NCBI RefSeq assembly: GCF_009914755.1 | Contig: NC_060931.1 | DNA length: 64,000 nucleotides | Reading direction: 5' to 3' (one strand) | From: the human T2T-CHM13v2.0 reference genome, Homo sapiens | Notes under the pieces: model-generated | The model's database searches: none | The model's input: only the letters and a program-made list of their open reading frames with translations | Told to the model about the DNA's origin: nothing | Made by a program: the position numbers and the translations under genes | Part shown: positions 12,105 through 25,713 of the stretch, one piece after another | Numbering within the stretch: position 1 is the first letter of the stretch | Layout: every line of letters begins with the position of its first letter

Positions 12105-12326
12105 CTTTTTCCCCCTCCTTCCCTCTCTTCTTTCCTTCCTTTCTCCATTCTTCCCCTCCCCCTCCCTCTTTTCTTCCCTCCCTACCTTCCCTCCTCCCTC
12201 CCTCTATCCACCTTCTTCTCCTTCCTTCCTTCTTTCCTTCCTTCCTTCTTTCCTTCCTTCCTTCCCTCCCTTCGCCCCTTCCCCCCTCCCCCCTTCCCCC
12301 CCCCTTTTGTCTCTTTTTCTTCTCTC
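12105..12326. repeat. CT-rich low-complexity polypyrimidine tract with degenerate (CCTT)n
   Basis: ~220 nt of almost pure pyrimidine on the + strand. Confidence 0.92.
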
Positions 12327-13408
12327 ATCTGTTGTTGGTCAGATTTCTATTTAGAGATGTTTTCATCAATCCCACATTTGGTTTTCTTTACTGTTCGTAG
12401 TTTGCAAATCCTCTAGGCACCTTCCTGCTTTTCCTTCCCTTTGGCCCATGGGGAAGGAAGCTGGTATTCTGTCTCTCACATGGATTCAGGTTAGGGGGTC
12501 AAGATGGATACCTGTGTCTCTGGTGCAGGCTGGTTGGTGTGACAGAACACAATGATGTGTCTCCAAGCTACAAACAAATGCAGACAGAGGTTCATTTAAA
12601 GTCTCCATGGCTAGAGGAAACGGCAGTCAGAGATGGGCCGGCCCTATAGGTAGGGTGCTCTGCAATGGAACCTAGGTGGCTGTCCTCTGGGGCCTGAAGC
12701 TGAAGAATTGGGATGAGTGTATCATCAACTGGCCACTAACCTTTCAGCTGTGCATTCTGGGAGGGCCAGCCACTAGCTGTTTGTGCAAATACCCTGCCTT
12801 TCTCCTCATTTATAATTAATTGTACACCTTTGTGAGACTAATCTGAATATAGTCTCTATAGTTTGGACTAATTTTAGCATTCCTTTGCTTCAACAGTTTG
12901 GCCTGTCAAAATCACTCAACCTCAGCCTGTTTGTACTGCAGTGTAAAGTATTATTTTAAATCAACCAGTAGTTTTAATCTCCTAAGAAATAAGAGCTGGA
13001 CTGACTAGACTGAGAGCAAGGAGGAACCTTGGTAGTTGTTTCACAGATTCCAACATTGTATAAGAAAATCAGAGCCCAAGGAACTCAGAAACTGTCTCAT
13101 GCCACTCAGTTACTTGACAGCAGAGCTAGAGCTGGAACTGTCATCTAGGACCCAAGCTCCTGTGACATTAATGCTCCCCCCACCCACTTCCTGGCTCATC
13201 CTAAAGAGTAGCATCATCCTTAGAGAATTTCTTGTAGACTTTTTTTTTTTTCTCTCTGGCCTCATAGAGGCTGCTCTATTTAATTACTTAATACTTTCAA
13301 AAAAGAAGTCATAAAGCGCTTTATATTTTAAATGGGCCTCAGATCTCCAGGCTGTTGTACCCATAAAGGCACAAAGATTTAAGTGGCTTAGGTCTGCCCT
13401 GTGTATAG

Positions 13409-13600
13409 CTGTGTTGTCCAGTATGGTAACCATTAGTCACATGTGGCTATTTAAATTTAAGTGTAAAAATATTCAGTTCCTCAGTTACCCTAGGCATCTT
13501 TCTAGTGCTCAATAGCACACATGGCCAGTGGCTACCATATTGGACTACACAGACACAAAACATTTTTATCATTTTTTACAGGAAATTCTCTAAGACAGAG
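13409..13600. mobile_element. MER3 (hAT-Charlie) DNA transposon
   Basis: tgtccagtatggtaaccattagtcacatgtggctatttaaattt...gtggctaccatattggac. Confidence 0.8.
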
Positions 13601-14811
13601 ACAAAACTAATGTAAAATCAACAAGCTAAAAAGAGAAAATCTGATCCAGAGCTCTCCCATTGCTGTGTGTGCTGCTTGTGCTGTTTAGGTTATCTTTTAC
13701 TAATTTTGCAAATTGACTTTTTAAAAAAGTAATTTCTTTATGACCCCGAGGGAAACTGTGGAATGACAGCTGGAGGATGATATTGGGGAGGGTAATTGAA
13801 AATGTTTATAAACTCTGTAGTCCTGAGGTATGATTCAAGCTTTATTTAAAAAGTGGTTTGTTGTTTCCCTAATGGCAACTCAATTTCTTTTTCAAATAAA
13901 CCCACAGTGAGTTCTGATTTCACCCTCAAAGAGGAAAAAGTGCCCATGTTCAAAAAGTTTGGATCTTACCATTGAATCTCCTTTAAAGACATCGTAAGGA
14001 AAACTGTGAATGTGTGGACTGAGGTTGCTAGTGGCATATACAAGCCGTGTTATTTAAAAGAGATTTTCTACCAACCTGGCCATCAGCAGCTAGCTAGAAG
14101 GATTTTTACTTCTACAAAAAGCCCACATCAGGGCAAAGCAAATGCATTGGTTTTTAGAAAATAAAGTTAGCTTTTGGAATTTTCAGCACATTTAATTGGG
14201 GGGAAATGCATGCAAATAAGATGCAGGAATATGACAGTTTCTAAGAAAAGGAAACAGTTCTCCTTGAACTTCTGTTACCATCCTCAAGTGCAACAAAATG
14301 GGAAGGTGGAAGGTGTCTTTAAAGTGTCAAGTTAACTGTCAAGAAAGAGGTGAATGTTGAGGCCATTGGATTCAGAAACTATAATAACCAAAAGACTGTG
14401 ACATGGTGGCTTATTATTTATTGACATAACTTAGATCATTGATTTAGGGCAATATGAATCACAGAAGCACTTGGGTGATAACCTTATGCAATTCTTTTCT
14501 CATCGGAGGCCCAGTTCCTGGATTTTATCGGGCCCCATCATTGCCCTCTGCACCCTCAGTACTGGCTGGGTATTGTCCTTTTCAAGGAAGTGAAACCTAG
14601 CGCTTCCTTATTACTTCACATAATGCCATATTAGCAATGTGAAATGCTTTTTCTTACATGATGTTGCTTCCATGAAATAAGCCCAAGAGACTGTTGGGAC
14701 AGCAAAGAAATGGGAAGCAGGGAGCGTGGCTGTTGCAGTAGATCTCCTGCAGCATGTGTCAGAGGCTGGGGTGTGCCATTGACCTCTAAGGGCCTGATTC
14801 TCAAGACCTAG

Positions 14812-15447
<636 letters not shown>

Positions 15448-15879
15448 GTCTGGATGACTCCAGTGAGAATGTTCTAACCTTGATCGCAGAATCTGCCATA
15501 CAAAACCTGCTGATGCACTGCTCAGTGGCTCCTGTAGCCCTGTCTACTTATCCTCCATTCACCAAGGCAGAAACTTACCAAGGCAACTCAGCCCTGATTC
15601 TCAGGTCCCTGTTTGGTTTTAGTCCCAGACATTGAGAGATGTCCTTAATTTTTCTGAATCTTTATAGTGACTTTCAAGTGAAGTTCTATAAAGAGGAACA
15701 GGTTGGGACATTTGTCACATTCTTGTTTAGACAGATTTTGTGTTTTGTTTTGTTTGGGCTTCAGTTTAATTCTAGACTTCATGTATTTTTGTTAGATTTA
15801 TGTATACGCCTCCTTCCAAAGAAAGCCTGCAATGCTATGAAGTTGGAAAGAGAAGCTGAGGAAACAAAGCACACGTTTT

Positions 15880-15886
15880 TCTCTCT

Positions 15887-15932
<46 letters not shown>
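15880..15932. repeat. (CT)n(GT)n microsatellite
   Basis: Read directly. Confidence 0.95.
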
Positions 15933-15935
<3 letters not shown>

Positions 15936-18101
15936 AAACTCTTGCCTCATAGCCTTTGTACCGTGATGTCCTGCCATGGATAAGTATGTGGGTTTACATA
16001 CACATCCACACATATCTGTATTTCTGTATGTGTGTGTATATATGTATACACAGAAAGTGGAAGTGGATTAGGTTCCAAACAATTATTTCCAGTCAAATTT
16101 ATATCGTATATAAGTTAATATCAAGGGAAATGAAAAGTCAGTTCTAGCATTACTTTTAGTAATGAAATAATTCACTTGGGATTATGCTAATGATATGTAG
16201 ATATTAATACACATAATTTGGCTGCCTAATATTGATTTAAGTTGCTCATTCAAATTCTCTTTATTACAAAAAAATAACCATTTTGTTTTACAGTGCTTGT
16301 CCTCAGAGACAGTGAGATCCAGTAAACCATACTTATTTGGTAAATAATACTATTTTTGCTGATTTTCATATACACAGAGAGCACTATTCTCTTTCAGTAG
16401 GTACCCTTTGAGTTGTTAATTTCTGGTTGGGGTACTGGTTAGCTCTAGCCAAATATCCTCTCTGGATCTGCCTCATGATCAATGCCTAGGGTTGAAGGTA
16501 CTCCCGGTGACCAGGGCACAGAAGTTTTTGTTCTCTGTGATGTTAATATGCCCTAGGGTTGAACTTTGGTCTCAGGAGAGCCCGAGTCCTATGCTTGCTT
16601 TAAGCAGCCAAACTAATCCACATGCCTTTTTTCGGAATATGAATTCTTCAGTGGAAAAAGCAATTGACAGAAGCTTTGTAAACTCTCCTGAAATAATTAA
16701 TATCAGATTAAGATTAGAAATAGAATCACAGCAAATCCTAGGCAATTACACATGTAAGACATGATTTTGAGTTAAACGATGTCATCTGGGTTAAGAACAT
16801 AGTAATTGCCACAGTACTTATTTGGTTCCGCATTCTAAAGTAATAGCAGTAAGGGTATTTTGTAAAAATGCACAACAGCCTTTCAGGGAGGAAATGCCCT
16901 GCAGACATCTTACTTTTCATAAATAGCTGAGTGTAAATCTGTCATTCAGGAGTTAATGTAAACATGTCTGAATCCATCTGTAGTTTCAGCTTGTGCTCCT
17001 TCTTACAGGAATGAGTTTCAGCCATTTTCTACCTATAGAGCGAATTGGTGTTTCTTCCTATTGCTTTAAATTTAACTCTCTGAAACTTATTTTTAGCATC
17101 CATTTTTGGGTTTCATGAATTAATGTGGGTTCATTGGAACCACACAGTCCAAGGGTGGCGTTGTGTTATAAGCTCTAGGAAGCTGGGGATCTGGTCCAAA
17201 CACCAGCACCAAATAGCTCTCAGAGTTTCTATTTTCTTATCCGTAAAATGGGCTAATAATACTAGTTGTTAGAATCGAATGTGTGAATGGCTGTGAAAAA
17301 ACTTGAAAATTTGTGAACAAAACCTAAAAATCCCTGATCTCATAAAGCTCATATTCTAATAAGATGCACCACAGGTTCCTTTCCTGAGTGGTAAGTGACC
17401 ACTCAGAACTCGTGATCTTCTAAGGTAACTGGAAAAGTTTCTCCTAAATACCTTACCTTGCTTTTCTTCATCAGCCTTTCAAATCCTTGGAGTGTAATCG
17501 TGCCAACTTAGAGTTTCTCTACTCTATGTAAAGCTCCAATATGCATCCTGCAGTCCCAACATTTTAAATTAGCTCAGTCAATCCAAGGAACACCACTGTT
17601 TATACTTTCCCATCTAGAGGAATGGTTCTTTATTATGTAAAAAAAAATTATACACATTTTACGTAAGATGCAATATATACAAAAAAAATCAGTAATAGCG
17701 TAGCCACATAATTATTAGGAAAGCCACCACCCAATTTAGGAACATTACCTAGCCTTGTGTCTTCCTCTGTATTCCTCTCTCTTTCCTTCCCCATCATATT
17801 TCATTCCCTCCTTCCAAAGGTAACCACTACTCTGAATTTTCACCTTATTCCCTTGCTTTTCTTTTTAAAATAATTTTATCATGTATCACTAAAATACCGG
17901 CTTCACAAGGGCAGCTATTTTTGTTTTGTTCACTGCTGGATCTCCAGTGCCTAGCACAGTGTCTGACATATACAAGCACTCAGTTACTGTCATAGGAGTG
18001 CAACTGTAGCCCCTTCCCTCCTTTATCTCTTGTTTGTAAATCAGTTCTGCAAGGACCCTGTCACCAGTTCACATTAGTCACAGGCCTTCAGTAACTTTTA
18101 G

Positions 18102-18399
<298 letters not shown>

Positions 18400-18599
18400 T
18401 AGAAATTTTTTTTTTAACTTATTTGCACGTACTTGCAACAGGAGACTCTGAGCAGAATCACATGAATTTATCTGAATCAGGACTTTTTACCTTGATTTGT
18501 GGTTCACAAGCACATTTCAGGAGTGAATAGTGAACACTGAAGAAACATAAGTAGTAAAGCTAGAGTTCAACATGGAGAGCCACAGGGAGATTCTCAAAA

Positions 18600-18960
18600 A
18601 GCGATGCTGTATACATGCTACACCAGGGATGAGCCTGGAAAACAGTATGTTAAGTGAAAGAAGTGAAAGACTGCATACTATATGATTCCACGCATATGGA
18701 ACACTCAAGATAGGCAAATCCTAGAGACAGAAAGTAGATGAGTTGTCCCCTGCGGCTGAGAGGTTTGGAGTGAAATGGGGAGTGACTGCTAATAGGTATG
18801 AGTTCTTTTTGTGGTAATGAAATTGTTCTAAATTTGATTGTGGTAATACTTAATAGTTACACATATCTGTGAATAAACTAAAAGTCATTGAATTGTTTGC
18901 TTTTAAACAGGTAAATTGTAGGGTGTGCGATTTATAGCTCAATAAAGCCATTACTTTAAG
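18600..18960 (+). mobile_element. L1MB-type 3' end
   Basis: atgttaagtgaaagaag...ataggcaaatcctagagacagaaagtaga...ctcaataaagc. Confidence 0.8.
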
Positions 18961-20569
18961 AAAGCATAGAAATTGATATTGTAAGAAAGAGAAGGTGAAT
19001 CAGTCATAACGTGAGCAAACAGAAAATACAAACCCATAGGTTAAGGCCTTCCTGGACAGGATGCTTGCAATCAGATGGGAGGCATTTCAATCCCTACTCA
19101 CTGATAACTTGCTCAATACATGGGGGTGCCCCTTCTCTTCCCCTTTTCATTTCCACATTCATCTTTTTCTGCAGCCAGCCCCTGACCTTCTCAGATAGTT
19201 CCATAGAGACTTGCTCTCTAGGGCTGGTTAGTTCAGCCTCCACTAGATAAATGCCTCCCTTCCCCAGTATCCCCAAAAGGCCATGGCACCCTCCTTCTCA
19301 CTGAAGAATGAGGGAGAGCAGTAGGTCCCCTCTGCTAATGCTGGACAAAGCAATTAGTGCATTTCTTATGACTAGTTAATTAGCTTTTTATCCAGCTTTT
19401 TAAACTCTGGCCACAACTCTATGGCCTCGAAGTAGAGTGTGAGTCATCCAGGAAGCAAGTTTCTCTACTGTGTGCCTGATGCTCCTGAGTATTATTCGCA
19501 CAGTGATGTGTCTGTGGCTGCCTCCATATGCCCCCACTTAGATGGATGCTTGTACAGACGTTTCCAAGGATATCATCTGCTGGCTCTTTTGTTGTTTCTA
19601 ATCAAAGAACCGACACCCTTTGATCACAACAGATCACGGTATTGTACTACAAAGACTTTGTTAGAAAGACTTAAATTTTACACGCTTGTAGCTGTCACAG
19701 AGGTTCTGACAGTATTTACTTTTACCCCACACAAGTAAAGAAAAAATGCATTTGATCAGATCACATGGAAAATATGAGTGATTATAAATAGTAAATTTTC
19801 TAGAACCATGTATTGTTCACTGTAAGGAACCTAGTCAATGAACATTTTTTAATACTTGCTGGTTTTGAGTGCCAGGTTGTTGCAAAAGTCCTCTTCTTCC
19901 TCCCAAGTATAGAGACTCCTCTAGGTAGATAAACTTTCTGTTAATTGGAGGAAGATTGGCCCTGTCATGGAATTAATGAAGCTAAAGACAGACGTCTTTG
20001 GGGAACTGAGTCCCTGGGTAGCCACTTTTTGGGCAGGCTTCAGTATCCAATGGCCTGCGTGAATGTATAGGATGGCTGGCTCCCCTTCAAGTTGTTCATG
20101 GCCTTTCCTCCTTTTTCCCATAGGACACCTGAGACAGGCACCCCCACAAAATACAAATAAATGCCCCTTCACGGGAGTGTGAAGACAAAGCAAGTACTAG
20201 AACTTCTTCCTTAAGGTCTCATTCAGAGTGTTTTCCTGGCAACCCCTAGAGGAAGTGGGCACGGGCTACAGTGACTCTGTTGTTCTGTGTCTTCCCTCAG
20301 GTGAAATCTGGCCACCCTGGGCACCCTATGACAGCAGCACACGTGGGGATGATATTGTGCCTTGCGCTGGCCTCTGCGGTTCCCCTGACATATCAGATTT
20401 TAGACTTTGCTCCTCCTGCTTTCTAATGTCACGGGCTAAGCCATCTCTAACAAAAGACTCACTGTTCCTGGGACCTGCTGTTCACTCAAACTTTTCTCAT
20501 GCTAACACCAACACATATAACACATTCACACCTCCTCACATCCTGACCAGACCATTCCAGGATGCAATT

Positions 20570-21060
20570 ATTGTAAGGATTAGGACGTTTCACCGCAAAT
20601 ACAGAAAACTCTAAAACAAAGTGCTGAGGTACCGTGGTTGTAGACACTGCAGTATCTGGCTCTGTCTCCTTCTCTTAGCGCTGCCCTCTTGGTCGGGGGG
20701 CCTTGTCCTCAGCCTCACTGTCTTTACAGGGTCAAGATGACAATAGCAGTCCCCTGGGATCATATCTGAAACAGAGAAGGGGAAATCTCTTCCTCCTCAC
20801 CCTGTGGAAGATAAAAAAGACTTTCTCAGACACACCTGCCCCACCCCCACCCCCCAGCAAAGTTCCCCTTGCCTCATTGGCTACAGCTTTGTCATATGCT
20901 TAGGTGTGAACCAATCACTGGCAAGGGAATAGGATTCCCTGGATGTACTTAGTCCAGTTGTGACCCCCTTCCTGGAGTGCAGATGGTCCAGCCTCTCCTG
21001 AAGGGGTGAGGAGGCCTGAACGGAACAGGGTTCTGTTAAGGGGGAAGAGGGAACCAAGAA
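20570..21060 (-). mobile_element. Old MLT1 (MaLR) LTR relic
   Basis: cagaaaactctaaaacaaagtg...cctcattggc...tgaaccaatcactggcaaggg motifs. Confidence 0.5.
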
Positions 21061-22277
21061 CATCCGCCACAATTATGTCATGAATGTCCTCAGCCCTTAG
21101 AGTCTCTAAGGCCACCAACAAAACACTGAGAATTCCAAGACGCATGGCCTCTCATAGTCAAAAAGCTTATTATAGTCTTAGTTGAGAACCAAGCAATTAG
21201 TGCAACTATTCACTTAGTAATAATATCACTCCCTGAAAAAAATGTTCTGCTAACCTACTACATTAAGATGACTGACAACTCATATGTTGTTTTCACTTGT
21301 TAGTGCTTTATGGTTTGAAGCACTTTGTTTTATGGTTATGAAAAAAATATAAATCCATTAATTTAAAACTGGATAGAGTCTTTAGCTCTAATGAGAAGTA
21401 GGACAGTGAGGGTTGAAGGTTTTGATTCTTGACAGGCTTTAACATCCCTGCGCCTGATGTAAGTTGGAACTATATTATTAGAAAGGCAGGGAATAATAGT
21501 AGATGATTCAGCCCACTGCCGCTTGCTATGGGAGGGAATTTTTAAGGCTTTCATTTATGAGAAATAGTGATCATTAGCAGTTCTTTGTTTTTAAAACAGA
21601 GATTCCTACAAACGGTCAAGTCCAGTGGAATAAATGTATTGGTGCCTAATTGGAGAAATAATTTCAGGTTATTCCCAAGGAAAAGGGAACAGGCAGAGGG
21701 TTTTGGAGAGCAGATTCCTGTTTTTCAGTTTTGTGATGGGCCAGGGTGCGTAAAGATCACTGGATGAGGGGTCACGTGACCTAAGTCTATGGTAGTTCTT
21801 TCTCAGCATTTACTTTTTGTGTGTCCAGGGGCAAATTATGTTATCATTTTGTGACTTTGATGCTTATGTGTAGAATTATTAGTTTGGCCCAGATCATCTC
21901 TGAGGGTCTTAAAATTTTATGATTTTTCTGATCTGCCTGTTTCCTCTTGCCAATTTATGGTGCCTTGGTGGTCCCCCAAGGGAACAACCCTCTTGTGTGT
22001 AAATCAGTTACACTCACATATACACATATTTCAAATAGCAATTACCAGTGGCATCATTTGTTCCAGGCACCCAGCCTGTAAGACATGAGGACTGTTGGGT
22101 GTCTGTACCGTAATTGCTTTTCAGTCTTCACTCCTAGTAAGCCCAGAGGTAGTCCAAGTATGCTCCAAGGCGGTATCATACAAGCCTTTTGGAATGTGAC
22201 CTACACTATGAAACCCAGCACGTACACACACAGGCACACACACACACCCCACACACACACCGTGCACACACCAATAC

Positions 22278-23250
<973 letters not shown>

Positions 23251-23270
23251 AACACAAATGCTGCATGTTG

Positions 23271-23271
<1 letters not shown>

Positions 23272-23310
<39 letters not shown>
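23272..23310. repeat. (CA)n microsatellite
   Basis: Read directly. Confidence 0.95.
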
Positions 23311-23315
<5 letters not shown>

Positions 23316-23704
23316 CAGAAGTTCCACAAAGAGAGTTCATCCTGTTATATATGATGTGCTCTGAGACTGTCTTTTCTATTGTATTTCTCTTCATTTATCT
23401 AAAAACTATCAGGGCCCACAAGTTGATTTCAGAATCCACTCTAGAGTGGTGATGGGCACTTTGGAAAACAGATTAGAAATTGGTCCAGAACTCCAAAGAT
23501 GTAGCAGATTCAGTTAGCCTGCTCAAGGCATGGTTGCGGTATACAGAACACCCTATAGGCCCATAGTACTATTTAATCATAATGTTCAAGGAGATTTTGT
23601 TAATTTTTTTAACTTGCTACACTGCGTAGCACTATTTTATTGAATGATCATTTAAAAGTTTCATCTTTCCCTACAGTGGGCTTTTATTACAAATGTATAT
23701 TTTA

Positions 23705-23921
23705 ATAACTTTTTATAAAGAACATTTCAAATATATTTAGAGTAAAGAGAAAACTATAACGAACCTCTTACCATCCAACTTCAACAATGATCGCATCATA
23801 GCCTGGTTTCACTTCCACTCCATCCCATACCCAGGATTATTTTGAAGCAAATCCCAGGCTTGGCATCATTTCATCTGTAAATATTTCAGATGGTATCTCT
23901 AAAAGATAGGGACTCTTTTTT
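23705..23921 (-). mobile_element. Ancient L1M 3' fragment (host of the NANOG retrocopy)
   Basis: ggattattttgaagcaaatcccag...tatctctaaaagatagggactcttttt resembles old L1M 3' UTRs in antisense. Confidence 0.65.
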
Positions 23922-23936
23922 AAAAAAAGAATGCTG

Positions 23937-25713
23937 GGCTGGACTGAGCTAGTTACCTCCTGCTATTGTGGAGGCAACTCACTTCATCCCAACTTCTTGA
24001 TACTTTTGCTTCTGGAAGTCATATTTCTCTAACATCTTCCAGAAAAGTCTTAAAGCTGCCTTAACCTTTTTTCCAGTCCACCTCTTAAATTTTTTCCCCC
24101 TCTTCCTCAATACTAACATGAGTGTGGATCTGGCTTGTCTGCAAAGCTTGCCTTGCTTCGAAGCATCCGACTGTAAAGAATCTTAACCTATGGCTGTGAT
24201 TTGTGGGCCTGAAGAAAACTATCCATCCTTGCAAATGTCTTCTGCTGAGATGCCTCACACGGAGACTGTCTCTCCTCTTCTTCCTCCATGGATCTGCTTA
24301 TTCAGGACAGCCCTGATTCTTCCACCAGTCCCAAAGGCAAACAACCCATTGCTGCAGAGAATAATGCCCCAAAAAAGGGAGACGAGGTCCCAGTCAAGAA
24401 ACAGAAGACCAGAACTGTGTTTTCTTCCACCCAGCTGTGTGTACTCAATGATAGATTTCAGAGACAGAAATACCTTAGCCTCCAGCAGATGCAAGAACTC
24501 TCCAATATCTGGAACCTCAGCTACAAACAGGTGAAGACCTGGTTCTAGAACCAGAGAATGAAATCTAAGAGGTGGCAGAAAAACAACTGGCCGAAGAATA
24601 GCAATGGTGTGACTCGGAAGGCCTCAGCACCTACCTACCCCAGCCACTACTCTTCCTACCACCAGGGATGACTGGTGACCTGACTGGGAACCTTCCAATG
24701 TGGAGCAACCAGACCTGGAACAATTCATCCTGGAGCAACCAGACCCAGAACATCTAGTGCTGGAGCAACCACTCCTGGAACACTCAGACCTGGTGCACCC
24801 AGTCCTGGAACAATCAGGCCTGGAACAGTCCCTTCTATAACTGTGGAGAGGAATCTCTGCAGTCCTGCATGCAGTTCCAGCCAAATTCACCTTCCAGTGA
24901 CTTGGAGGCTGCCTTGGAAGCTGCAGGGGAAGGCCTTAATGTAATAAGCAAATGACTAGGTATTTTAGTACTCCACAAACCATGGATTTATTCCTAAACT
25001 ACTCCACGAACACGCAACCTGAAGATGTGTGAAGATGAGTGAAATTGATATTACTCAGTTTCACTCTGGGTAGTGGCTGAATCCTTCCTCTCCCCTCCTC
25101 CCCTCCCTGATAGGATTTTTCTTGTATGGAAACCATGTGTTCTGGCTTCCATTATGCCTATCCAGTCAATTTGATGGAGGGTACAGTATGGTTGGAGCCT
25201 AATCAGAGAGGTTTCTTTCTTTTTTTCCTATTGGATCTTCCGGAGAAAAGACGTTTTAATAACCTTGGCTACTAAGGACAACATGATAGAAGCTGTCTCT
25301 GGCTATAGATAAGTAGATCTAATACTAGTTTGAATATCTTCAGGGTTTAGAATCTAACCTCAAGAATAAGAAATACAAGTACAAATTTGTGTGATGAAGG
25401 CATATTCCTATTTTTTGGGATTGGGAGGCTTTACTTATTTTTTAAAAACTATTGAGGTAAAGGGTTAAGCTGTAATATACTTCATTGATTTCCTCACCTT
25501 TTTTGGTTCTGTTTTACTATATCCCCTAATTTTTTGGTGATGCTAATCTTTGTAGAAGGAGGTCTTGTATTTACTGCATCATGATGACATTAGTACTCCT
25601 TTAGTTGGTTTAAGTACAAATGAATGAAACAACTATTTTTCCTTTAGTTGATTTTACCCTGATTTCACCTAGTGTTTCAATGAGTAAAAATACAGCTTAA
25701 ACATTAAAAAAAA
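23937..25713 (+). pseudogene. NANOGP4: Processed NANOG pseudogene (5' UTR, disabled CDS 24118-25032, 3' UTR)
   Basis: Intronless NANOG-like frames: MSVD..., homeodomain [36 protein letters not shown]..., W-repeat, C-terminus QPEDV*. Stops at 24184-24186 (codon 23) and 24546-24548 (helix 3, WF*NQR), further stops and about three 1-bp deletions. TSD AAAAAAAGAATGCTG (23922-23936) / AAAAAAAGAATACTG (25707-25721). The P4 number comes from my recollection that this copy maps to 7p. Confidence 0.93.

Noticed and set aside
24701-24835. Regular 15-bp repeat array (tggagcaaccagacc-like), superficially CRISPR- or minisatellite-like
   Set aside because: It is the NANOG tryptophan pentapeptide repeat; there are no unique spacers
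24118-25032. Functional NANOG gene
   Set aside because: Intronless, with a stop at codon 23, a stop in helix 3 and several frameshifts
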